From contig JANMVO010000528.1 in the NCBI GenBank assembly GCA_031392805.1, positions 1 to 37,120 on the forward strand: DNA of 37,120 nucleotides. The letters are read 5' to 3'. Positions 28,423 to 36,320 of this stretch are shown here, piece after piece; position 1 is the stretch's first letter; every line of letters begins with the position of its first letter. The position numbers were made by a program, and so were the translations under genes. The notes under the pieces are model-generated. The model saw nothing but the letters and a program-made list of their open reading frames with translations. It was not told the origin of the DNA and did no database searches. Source of the DNA: Rhodoferax sp. GTDB lineage: Bacteria; Pseudomonadota; Gammaproteobacteria; Burkholderiales; Burkholderiaceae_C.

Positions 28423-29238
28423 ATGCCTGCAATGCCCCATGCGAAATTATCGGTTGTTTGTGCTCTGGCGCTGACCGCTGCCGCCGCCCTGGTGGCGGGC
28501 TGTTCCACTGCCGAGGTGGACAAGACCGCTGGCATGAGCCCCAACAAGCTTTATGCCGATGCCAAAGATGAAATGAATGGCGGCTCTTACGACAAAGCCG
28601 TGAACCTGCTGGAGAAACTCGAAGGCCGTGCGGCTGGCACCCCCCTGGCGCAGCAGGCCCAGTTAGACAAAGCGTACGCCCGCTACAAAGCCAATGAGCC
28701 AGCCGAGGCTTTGGCAACGCTGGACCGGTTCATGAAATTGCACCCGGCAAGTCCGGCCATTGATTACGCCCTGTACTTGAAGGGGATCATCAATTTCAAC
28801 GATGACCTGGGTCTATTCTCGTTCGTCACGCGCCAGGATCTGTCTGAGCGCGACCAAAAGGCAGCCAAAGAATCATTCGAATCGTTCAAAGAACTCATCA
28901 CCCGGTTTCCGGCCTCGCGCTACACGCCAGACGCACGCCAGCGCATGGTCTACATCATCAATTCTCTGGCGCAATATGAGGTGCATGTGGCGCGCTATTA
29001 CTTCAGCCGGGGGGCGTATGTGGCGGCCGTCAATCGGGCTCAGGTGGCCCTGGCTGACTACCGTGATGTGCCGGCGCTGGAAGAAGCGCTGTTTATTGTG
29101 GTCAAGTCCTATGACGCGCTGGGCATGGTGCAACTGCGCGATGATGCAAAACGGGTGTTGGAGAAAACCTATCCGCAAAGCGAGTACATGACGCGTGGCT
29201 TCAAGGTCAGCTCGGCCCCGTGGTGGAAGTTTTGGTAA
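28423..29238 (+). CDS. bamD: outer-membrane protein assembly factor BamD (YfiO) lipoprotein
   Basis: Lipobox LVAGCS and TPR-like repeats. It is divergent from rluD, as in E. coli. Confidence 0.9.
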   Translation: MPAMPHAKLSVVCALALTAAAALVAGCSTAEVDKTAGMSPNKLYADAKDEMNGGSYDKAVNLLEKLEGRAAGTPLAQQAQLDKAYARYKANEPAEALATLDRFMKLHPASPAIDYALYLKGIINFNDDLGLFSFVTRQDLSERDQKAAKESFESFKELITRFPASRYTPDARQRMVYIINSLAQYEVHVARYYFSRGAYVAAVNRAQVALADYRDVPALEEALFIVVKSYDALGMVQLRDDAKRVLEKTYPQSEYMTRGFKVSSAPWWKFW

Positions 29239-31252
29239 GCTGGCTTAAAGCGTCCAGAAACGCCTCCTCAGAGGCGATTTTTTTCATGGGCGGCAGCGCT
29301 GCCAACAGACGGCCGCCATAGCCCATGGAGACCAGACGTGTATCGCAGACCACCAAAATTCCGCGATCAGATTCACGCCGGATCAAACGCCCGGCACCCT
29401 GTTTTAGCGCCACTGCCGCTTCCGGCAAAAAATAGTCCTTGAACGGGCTGCGGCCCATTTCCTCGAGCCGCCTGCAACGGGCTTCAACCAGCGGATCGCT
29501 CGGGGGCGGGAACGGCAGCTTGTCAATCACAACCATTTGCAGGGCGTCCCCCGGTACATCCACGCCTTCCCAGAACGAGGCTGAGGCCACCAGAATGCAG
29601 CCGGATTGACCGGCGCAGGCAGCATCTCCGCCCTGGCGGAACCGCGCCAGCAATTCGCGCTTGGGTCGCTGCCCCTGCACCAAAATCTCGAGTTGTCCTG
29701 AATCCGCAAAATGCAACTGCAGCGCCTCACTGATGGCCCGCAACGCGCGCAAAGTGGTCGTCAGCACCAGGGTACGGCCACCGATCACCGGTGCGGCTCT
29801 GGCCACCAGCGCAGCCACTTCGGCACTGTGGGATGGGTCACCCGGTTTTGGCAGATTGAGAGGCACATACACGCCAGCCTGTGCCGGATAGTCAAACGGG
29901 CTTCCTACCTGCAGCGTCTCGGCGTCCTCTAAACCGCACGGCTCGGTGAACCATTTCAGCGTCGGGTCTTCACCCAGCGTGGCCGAGGTAAAAATCCAGG
30001 ACTTTGACGCTGTTTGCCCTTGCTCATCCCTTTGGCCTTGTTCATCCCTTTGGCCTTGCTTCAGAAGCTTGCCCTGTACCGCAGCCGCAATGTCCAGCGG
30101 CGACTCCACCAGACGCAGTTGCGCGCCCACATCAACCCAGCGCACCGAGCCCGGTTCGCAGCGCTTGCGGAATGACTCGACTCTTTCGGCAATCGAGTCA
30201 ACCCGCTCCAGCAGTCTTGTGAAATCCGGCGCAATTTCACTCACGGTGTCCAGTGCCCGGCTGGTCTTCGCACAAGCGTCCTGTAGCACCTGGAGAGCAT
30301 CGTCCCAGTCGTGCGCGTTGACACCTTCGGGCACCGCCTCAAGCCAGCGCAACTTGGTTCCTGGATAGGCTTTGCCAACCAGCATGCGCAAGTCACGGCT
30401 CGCGCGCTCAAGGTCAGAGGCCACTTGATGCCAGTCCACCAGACCACGCGCCAGGCGCAAGCCTGCACCCAGCAGGTCACGGGCAAGATCCAGCAATTGC
30501 CCGGTACCAAGGAATTTGCCCAGAAACTGCACGCCAATCTCGTTGAGCTGATGGGCCTCATCAAAAATGACGGTATTCACTGAAGGCAACAGCTCGGCCA
30601 TGCCCGATTCACGCACCGCCAGGTCGGCGAAAAACAGGTGGTGGTTGATGACCACCACATCGGCAGCCATCGCCTCGCGCCGGGCCAGGTTGACGTGACA
30701 GGCCCGGAACTTGGGACATTGCGACCCCAGACAATTCTCCCGCGAGGACGTAATGAGCGGAATCACCGCAGAGCGCTCATCCAGGCCGGGTAGTTCAGCC
30801 AGATCGCCGGCTTGCGTCACCTGCGACCACTTCTCGATGTTGGCCAGCGTCCTGAGCGCCGCGCGATCCGGCAAAGCCACATGCTGGCGTGCCACGTCCA
30901 GCCGATGCAGGCATAAATAGCTGCCACGCCCTTTCAGCAAGGCGGTGCGCACTGGCAAGCCCAGGGCCTGAACCAGCCGGGGCAGGTCGCGCCCAAACAA
31001 CTGATCCTGCAGGGTTTTTGTGGCGGTCGACAGCAGCACCCGCTGGCCACTGAGCAAGGCGGGAACCAGGTATGAGAAGGTTTTGCCGACACCTGTGCCA
31101 GCCTCCACCACCAGCGCGCCACCGTCTTGCAGGGTGCGGGCAATGGCCAGCGCCATGGCAGTCTGTCCCGCCCTGGGATGGAACTCTTGCACCAGGCGTG
31201 ACAACCGGCTGACCGGGCCGAATGCCTCGCGCACTGATTCCTGAAAGTTCAT
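29207..31252 (-). CDS. ATP-dependent DNA helicase, DinG/YoaA (Rad3/XPD-like, Fe-S) family
   Basis: Walker A EAGTGVGKT, DEAH box FDEAHQL, Fe-S Cys cluster (CL..C...CLGSQCPKFRAC), and a C-terminal helicase domain. Confidence 0.85.
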   Translation of the reverse strand: MNFQESVREAFGPVSRLSRLVQEFHPRAGQTAMALAIARTLQDGGALVVEAGTGVGKTFSYLVPALLSGQRVLLSTATKTLQDQLFGRDLPRLVQALGLPVRTALLKGRGSYLCLHRLDVARQHVALPDRAALRTLANIEKWSQVTQAGDLAELPGLDERSAVIPLITSSRENCLGSQCPKFRACHVNLARREAMAADVVVINHHLFFADLAVRESGMAELLPSVNTVIFDEAHQLNEIGVQFLGKFLGTGQLLDLARDLLGAGLRLARGLVDWHQVASDLERASRDLRMLVGKAYPGTKLRWLEAVPEGVNAHDWDDALQVLQDACAKTSRALDTVSEIAPDFTRLLERVDSIAERVESFRKRCEPGSVRWVDVGAQLRLVESPLDIAAAVQGKLLKQGQRDEQGQRDEQGQTASKSWIFTSATLGEDPTLKWFTEPCGLEDAETLQVGSPFDYPAQAGVYVPLNLPKPGDPSHSAEVAALVARAAPVIGGRTLVLTTTLRALRAISEALQLHFADSGQLEILVQGQRPKRELLARFRQGGDAACAGQSGCILVASASFWEGVDVPGDALQMVVIDKLPFPPPSDPLVEARCRRLEEMGRSPFKDYFLPEAAVALKQGAGRLIRRESDRGILVVCDTRLVSMGYGGRLLAALPPMKKIASEEAFLDALSQLTKTSTTGPS

Positions 31253-31255
31253 CCG

Positions 31256-31471
31256 TCAAGCAGGCTCATTGGGCGACAGGTCGCGCTCAATACGGGCCAT
31301 TTCGTCGCGCAGGGCCAGCCGCCGCTTCTTCAGGCGGCGCATCATCAGCTCATCAGGCGGCGTCTGGTTTTCTGCGCGATCAATCAATGCGTCAAGGTCT
31401 GCATGTTCCATGCGCAGTTCAATCAATCGGCGCTCAGGCGAGTGCAGGTTAAAGTCCACAGTAGCAATCAA
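31256..31471 (-). CDS. DUF465 (YdcH-like) small protein
   Basis: RLIELRMEHADLDALIDR...RRLKKRRLALRDEMARIE matches the DUF465 pattern. The start is uncertain (TTG 31471, no SD). Confidence 0.65.
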   Translation of the reverse strand: MIATVDFNLHSPERRLIELRMEHADLDALIDRAENQTPPDELMMRRLKKRRLALRDEMARIERDLSPNEPA

Positions 31472-31505
31472 AAAAATCGCCCAGTTTGACAGGGCCGGTT
31501 GGTGA

Positions 31506-31667
31506 GTGAAGCGCAGATTTATTCCTCGCGGCCCGTGATCGCTTGGCTCGGGTGGTCTGCGGCGTTGGTTTTTTTGCCATCATTCCCGCTATTTGCTGGA
31601 AAAACCGCCTGGCAGCCAATCCCGATTCAAGCGCCACGAATCCGCAGGGAACAAGTCCGCGTTTCCT
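31506..31667 (-). repeat. ~165-nt rod-like structured repeat, copy B
   Basis: It aligns end to end with 24989..25152 (for example ATTTATTCCTCGCGGCCCGTGA, GGTCTGCGG, TTGGTTTTTTTGC and CAAGCGCCACGAATCC are identical). Orientation is the same as copy A. Confidence 0.7.
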
Positions 31668-31737
31668 TAATTCAGTTGGTTTCATAATACGACTTTAAAC
31701 CGCACGAAATAAAGGCATTGCTGTCCAGCAGTTCAAC

Positions 31738-32499
31738 ATGTACAAAGGCTATCGACTCACCGCATCTACCGGAATCCACAAAGGTGACCGCGAGTACCAA
31801 CAGGACCAGGTTGCCCTGTTGAACCACCCTCGGGTTAACGGCTGCGTTCTGGCCGTGATCGCCGACGGCATGGGCGGGCGCAGCGGCGGACGAAAAGCCT
31901 CTGACCAGGTCATGATGACGGCACGGCAGCTTTTTGAGCGCTATTCACCCGAGTCAGACGACGCTGCCGCCATGCTGATGCAGTTGGTCCAAGAGGCCCA
32001 TATCGTGATCAAGTTGACGGCCATCTCGTCTGAAGAAGAGCCGCACAGCACCATCGCCGCGTTTCTGATCAATCCGGGCGGAGACTGCCATTGGGCGCAC
32101 GCGGGGGACTCACGGCTCTACCACTACCACGGTGCCAAGTTCATCAAACGCACGATGGACCATTCGTACGTGCAGGCCCTGGTCAACCGGGGCGAAATCA
32201 CTGAGGAACAGGCCAATGTTCACCCCCAGTCCAATATATTGATGGGTTGCCTGGGGACCGACACCGAGCCGCCGGTGGACATCCACTTCATACCCAAGCT
32301 TCGGGCTGGTGACGTGCTGTTGGCCTGTAGCGACGGCGTTTGGCACTACTTCAACAGCACTGAGATCGGATCGGTTCTCGCAACCCTGTCGGCCCGTGAA
32401 GCCACTGAATTCATGATTCAGAAAGCGCGCTCGCGGGGACACGGCGGTGGCGACAACCTGTCGCTGATCATCGTCAAGCTGGAACCACTGGGCTCGTAG
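31738..32499 (+). CDS. PP2C-family (PPM) Ser/Thr protein phosphatase
   Basis: Metal-binding motifs QQDQV, ADGMGG and SDGV, plus GGGDNLS near the C-terminus. No convincing SD precedes ATG 31738. Confidence 0.82.
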   Translation: MYKGYRLTASTGIHKGDREYQQDQVALLNHPRVNGCVLAVIADGMGGRSGGRKASDQVMMTARQLFERYSPESDDAAAMLMQLVQEAHIVIKLTAISSEEEPHSTIAAFLINPGGDCHWAHAGDSRLYHYHGAKFIKRTMDHSYVQALVNRGEITEEQANVHPQSNILMGCLGTDTEPPVDIHFIPKLRAGDVLLACSDGVWHYFNSTEIGSVLATLSAREATEFMIQKARSRGHGGGDNLSLIIVKLEPLGS

Positions 32500-32503
32500 G
32501 CAG

Positions 32504-33154
32504 TCAAGGGGGAGTTGCCAATGGCGTGGCCGAAGACTTGGCTTGCTCGGCCTGGCGTTTGAGCCGCTGCGCTTTTTCCGCCTGCGCTTCCTTCAGTTTG
32601 CCCGCGTATCTTTTTTGCTCTACAGCGGCCGAATTCGCTTTGGCGGCCCGCTCCGAGATTGATTTGGCGCGTCTTTGAGCCCGGTCCTTTTCAACATCAG
32701 CCAGAGCACCCGGTTTCTGGCTGGCCTCGGCTTTTGCGGCAGCTTTCTCCTCGGCGCTGTCCTGGCGCTGCTGCTGCCTGTCCAGCGCCTCGGCACGCCG
32801 GTTGGCCTCGTCTATCTGGGTCGGCGGTGAAGACCGTTCTTCAATGCGCGAGAGTTGTGATGCGCCCCTGCGTTTGGCCTCAGCAGCGCCAAGCGATGCC
32901 TCCTGGCGACGCAAGTCGGCCATGGCCTCCCGCCGCACCAAGCGGGCTTCACCCAGGCAGCCTGTTACCGCAAATTTCTGGTAACAGGCCGCTTCATCTT
33001 TTGCAAAGCGCGCCTCCACCCCGTTGCGGTCGGCCTGAATGCGGGCTCGTTCAACCTCGGGCGACAGGCCACCTGCCACGTCAGTCTGCTGCGCATGGAC
33101 CGACGCGGTAAGCAGCAGAAGAACCAACGTCGGTATCAAAAACATTTTTTTCAT
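32504..33154 (-). CDS. secreted Ala/Glu/Arg/Gln-rich coiled-coil protein, unknown function
   Basis: Signal peptide MKKMFLIPTLVLLLLTASVHA-QQ, two Cys, then a long charged helical region. The ATG overlaps the zapE stop (ATGA). Confidence 0.6.
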   Translation of the reverse strand: MKKMFLIPTLVLLLLTASVHAQQTDVAGGLSPEVERARIQADRNGVEARFAKDEAACYQKFAVTGCLGEARLVRREAMADLRRQEASLGAAEAKRRGASQLSRIEERSSPPTQIDEANRRAEALDRQQQRQDSAEEKAAAKAEASQKPGALADVEKDRAQRRAKSISERAAKANSAAVEQKRYAGKLKEAQAEKAQRLKRQAEQAKSSATPLATPP

Positions 33155-34260
33155 GTCAGCCGCGTGTCGACAACCCTGCGATCCAGGTCCAGAAATTCCT
33201 TGGATTGCATCTCATGAAGGCGCGAAACTGTGCGGGGAAATTCATGAGCCAAGGGCCCTTCGGTGTAAAGCGCTTCGGGTGCAACTTCTGCCGACATGAT
33301 GAGTTTGACGCGCCGGTCATACAACACATCGACGAGCCAGGTGAAGCGCCGGGCCTCGGACGCCATGCGCACCGGCATCTGCGGCACTTCGCTCAAAATG
33401 ACAGTATGAAACTGGGTGGCGATTTCCAGATAGTCATTTTGGGACCGCGGACCGCCGCACAGCGTTTTGAAATCAAACCAGACCACACCGCCCGCCTTGC
33501 GCCTTGCATGAATTTCGCGCGCTTCAATGTGCAGCGTGGGGGCTTCGTCGGCTGACTCCGCCAGCTTGTTGAACGCGTCGCGCATCGCGGCATCAGCCTG
33601 GGCACCCAGCGGCACATGGTAGAGCTTGAGTTGCTCCATAGTGCGACGGCGGTAGTCCGTGCCGTTGTCCACATTGACCACTTCGAGGTGCTGATTGAGC
33701 AAGGCAATGGCCGGCAGGATGCGGTCGCGGTGCATGCCACCTGGGTACAGGTCATCAGGCCGGAAATTGGAGGTGGTGACGAAACCCACGCCATTGTCAA
33801 ACAGGGCTGCCAGCAGACGGTGCAGGATCATGGCATCAGTGATGTCGGCCACATGAAATTCATCAAAGCAAATCAGCCGGTATTTTTTGGCCATGCGCTT
33901 TGCGAGCAAGTCCAGCGGGTTAACCGTGCCCTGCAGGTCAGACAGTTCCCGGTGCACCTCACGCATGAACTCATGAAAGTGCAGCCGCGTCTTGCGGTTC
34001 AAAGGCACAGCGTTAAAAAAACAATCCATGAGGAAGCTTTTGCCCCGACCCACACCGCCAAACAGGTAAACCCCGCGCGGAATATCCGGGCGGTTAATGA
34101 GCTTCTTCAGGGCATTGGACCGCTGCGCCTTGAAAGCGGCCCATTCGGCGGCGCATCGCTCAAGCGCGTCAACGGCGCGCAGCTGTGCGGGATCTGCCCG
34201 GTAACCCCGTGCAAGCAATTCAGCCTCATAAACCTGTCTGACACTCAAGGATAATTCCAA
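33151..34260 (-). CDS. zapE: cell division protein ZapE (AFG1-like ATPase)
   Basis: P-loop GGVGRGKSFLMD, Walker B LICFDEFHV. It lies downstream of lpdA, as in many betaproteobacteria. Confidence 0.9.
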   Translation of the reverse strand: MELSLSVRQVYEAELLARGYRADPAQLRAVDALERCAAEWAAFKAQRSNALKKLINRPDIPRGVYLFGGVGRGKSFLMDCFFNAVPLNRKTRLHFHEFMREVHRELSDLQGTVNPLDLLAKRMAKKYRLICFDEFHVADITDAMILHRLLAALFDNGVGFVTTSNFRPDDLYPGGMHRDRILPAIALLNQHLEVVNVDNGTDYRRRTMEQLKLYHVPLGAQADAAMRDAFNKLAESADEAPTLHIEAREIHARRKAGGVVWFDFKTLCGGPRSQNDYLEIATQFHTVILSEVPQMPVRMASEARRFTWLVDVLYDRRVKLIMSAEVAPEALYTEGPLAHEFPRTVSRLHEMQSKEFLDLDRRVVDTRLT

Positions 34261-34267
34261 TTGCTAT

Positions 34268-34325
34268 ATAAATAATAGCTAACTATGTAATATCCACGAG
34301 GGCTACAGGCCGATTTAGATCAATT
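34268..34325 (+). repeat. short dispersed repeat, copy S2 (core GGGCTACAGGC)
   Basis: ATAAATAATAGCTAACTATGTAATATCCACGAGGGCTACAGGCCGATTTAGATCAATTT aligns with S1 (8507..8565). It sits in the AT-rich spacer between lpdA and zapE. Confidence 0.55.
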
Positions 34326-34360
34326 TAAGCCAATTTGGCCAAATATGCCGGCTAATAACC

Positions 34361-35824
34361 TCAAAAGTTCAGGGTCCGCTTGTCCACCGCCAGCGCCGCT
34401 TCCTTGGTCGATTCGCTCAAGGAGGGGTGGGCATGGCAGATGCGGGCAATATCTTCGCTGCTGGCCCTGAATTCCATCGCCATCACACACTCCGCAATCA
34501 GCTCACTGGCCATCGGGCCGACGATGTGAACGCCCAGGATTTCGTCTGTGATGGCGTCCGTCAGCATCTTGACCATGCCCGTGGTGTCGCCCAATGCGCG
34601 AGCGCGGCCATTGGCCAGAAACGGGAAGGTGCCGGCCTTGTAGGCGCGCCCTGCGGCTTTGAGCTGCTGCTCGGTCTGACCAACCCATGCAATCTCGGGG
34701 CTGGTGTAGATCACCCACGGCACGGTGTTGAAATTGACGTGCGGGTGCTGGCCGGCGATGCGCTCGGCCACGGCAACGCCTTCTTCTTCTGCCTTGTGCG
34801 CCAGCATCGGGCCGCGCACCACATCACCGACGGCCCAGACGTTGGGCAGATTGGTTTTGCAGTCGTCGTCCACCACGATGGCACCGCGCTCGTCGAGCTT
34901 CAGGCCGACCGATTCGCCATTCAAACCAATGGTGTTGGCCACACGGCCGATGGAGATGATCAGCTTGTCCACCTCCAGCGTCTGCGCCTCGCCTTTGGCA
35001 TTGGTGTAGGCAATGCTCAGTTGGGGCTCTTTGCCCTTTTTTGCCAGCTTGATCTCACCCACCTTCACGCCCAGCTCAATCTTCAGGCCCTGCCTGTCAA
35101 AAGCCTTCTTGGCCTCTTTGGCAATCTGCTCGTCCACCACGCCCAGGAAGGCCGGCAACGCCTCCAGCACCGTGACTTCAGAGCCGAGCCTGCGCCAGAC
35201 TGAGCCCATCTCCAGCCCAATCACGCCGGAGCCAATCAGGCACAGCTTTTTCGGCACCGCACCCAACGCCAGTGCGCCATCGTTAGACAGGATGTTGTCC
35301 TCATCAAACGGCGCACCGGGCAACGCGCGGGCGTTGGAGCCGGTAGCAAGAATGATGTGTTTGCCTTGAATGGTTTCTTCGGCAGCGCCTGACACGTTGA
35401 TCTCGTAGCCGCCTCCGGCTGAAGCCGCACCGGGCGCGGCGGCTTGCACAAACGAGCCGCGCCCATGGAAGAACGTCACCTTGTTTTTCTTGAACAGGTA
35501 AAGAATGCCGTCGTTGTTCTGCTTGACCACAGCGTCTTTGCGGCCAATCATCCTGGCAAGGTCCAGCGACAGCCCCGTAACCTCAATGCCATGCTCGGCA
35601 AAGTGATGCGAGGCATGGTCATAGTGCTCTGAAGATTGAAGCAATGCCTTGGACGGGATGCAGCCCACATTGGTACAGGTGCCGCCAGGCGCCGGGCCGC
35701 CCTTGCTGTTCTTCCACTCGTCAACGCAAGCCACGCTGAAACCCAGTTGTGCCGCGCGGATGGCGGCGATGTAGCCCCCAGGGCCTGCGCCGATGACGAT
35801 CACGTCAAATTGCTTTGTAGTCAT
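34361..35824 (-). CDS. lpdA: dihydrolipoyl dehydrogenase (E3)
   Basis: FAD motif VIVIGAGPGGY, redox-active disulfide GGTCTNVGCIPSK, and C-terminal HAHPSLSE. Confidence 0.95.
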   Translation of the reverse strand: MTTKQFDVIVIGAGPGGYIAAIRAAQLGFSVACVDEWKNSKGGPAPGGTCTNVGCIPSKALLQSSEHYDHASHHFAEHGIEVTGLSLDLARMIGRKDAVVKQNNDGILYLFKKNKVTFFHGRGSFVQAAAPGAASAGGGYEINVSGAAEETIQGKHIILATGSNARALPGAPFDEDNILSNDGALALGAVPKKLCLIGSGVIGLEMGSVWRRLGSEVTVLEALPAFLGVVDEQIAKEAKKAFDRQGLKIELGVKVGEIKLAKKGKEPQLSIAYTNAKGEAQTLEVDKLIISIGRVANTIGLNGESVGLKLDERGAIVVDDDCKTNLPNVWAVGDVVRGPMLAHKAEEEGVAVAERIAGQHPHVNFNTVPWVIYTSPEIAWVGQTEQQLKAAGRAYKAGTFPFLANGRARALGDTTGMVKMLTDAITDEILGVHIVGPMASELIAECVMAMEFRASSEDIARICHAHPSLSESTKEAALAVDKRTLNF

Positions 35825-35871
35825 GAATTAGTTTAAATTTCGACGAACTGATGCGGGCAGGGGTTGCCTTT

Positions 35872-36069
35872 TCAGGCGGCCACTTGTTCAAAAGAAAATG
35901 TGGGGAAATCTGCGCGCTCTTTGGCGTGCTCCATCGTGATGGCGCAAACATTGCCCTTTGCATCCAGTTCCAGCAAAGTGTTTTCGTCCAGATCCCGCGC
36001 CTCGGCAATCGCCGTGCCGAGAAACTCGATGTACAGGGTGTCGGTGTCCTGAAAGTATTTAATTTTCAT
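35872..36069 (-). CDS. DUF2283-family small protein (antitoxin-like partner)
   Basis: [16 protein letters not shown]...ENTLLELDAKGNVCAITMEHA is the typical DUF2283 pattern. The ATG overlaps the upstream gene's stop (ATGA). Confidence 0.75.
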   Translation of the reverse strand: MKIKYFQDTDTLYIEFLGTAIAEARDLDENTLLELDAKGNVCAITMEHAKERADFPTFSFEQVAA

Positions 36070-36320
36070 GGCTTGAAACTCCGGTCAAAGAAAGCATTGT
36101 GAATTGTTTCACCGTCAGGCAGGACAACAACCCGAAGGTAGCAATTTTCTGCGTCGGCAATTCTTGCCCAACGTCGCACGCGACCATCTTCCTGAAGAAA
36201 CTCAGACTCGGGGCGGAAAAAGACCTGCTCAATCCATTCCTCACGAATCCCGACCCGGTCCAAACGGTGACGGGTTGCGAGGAAGTAGTGCGTGAATTTC
36301 AACTTCACCGACGCGTTCAA
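36066..36320 (-). CDS. DUF4258-family small protein (toxin-like partner)
   Basis: [27 protein letters not shown]...ETIHNAFFD resembles DUF4258 (H-x(6)-R-x(4)-I pattern). Start is TTG 36320, overlapping the sucB TGA, or GTG/TTG a few codons downstream. Confidence 0.7.
   Translation of the reverse strand: MNASVKLKFTHYFLATRHRLDRVGIREEWIEQVFFRPESEFLQEDGRVRRWARIADAENCYLRVVVLPDGETIHNAFFDRSFKP

Noticed and set aside
27410-28717. 435-aa version of rluD with a ~105-aa N-terminal extension.
   Set aside because: The extension is Pro/Arg/Cys/Ser-rich, overlaps the divergent bamD gene and has no homologue-like sequence. The RluD S4 domain begins near 28330, so a start around 28402 is used.
24989-31667. 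The idea that the two direct repeat copies delimit a mobile or integrated 6.3-kb island.
   Set aside because: The enclosed genes (rluB, scpB, rluD, bamD, DinG-like helicase, DUF465) are core housekeeping genes in conserved local order. There is no integrase, transposase or tRNA target.
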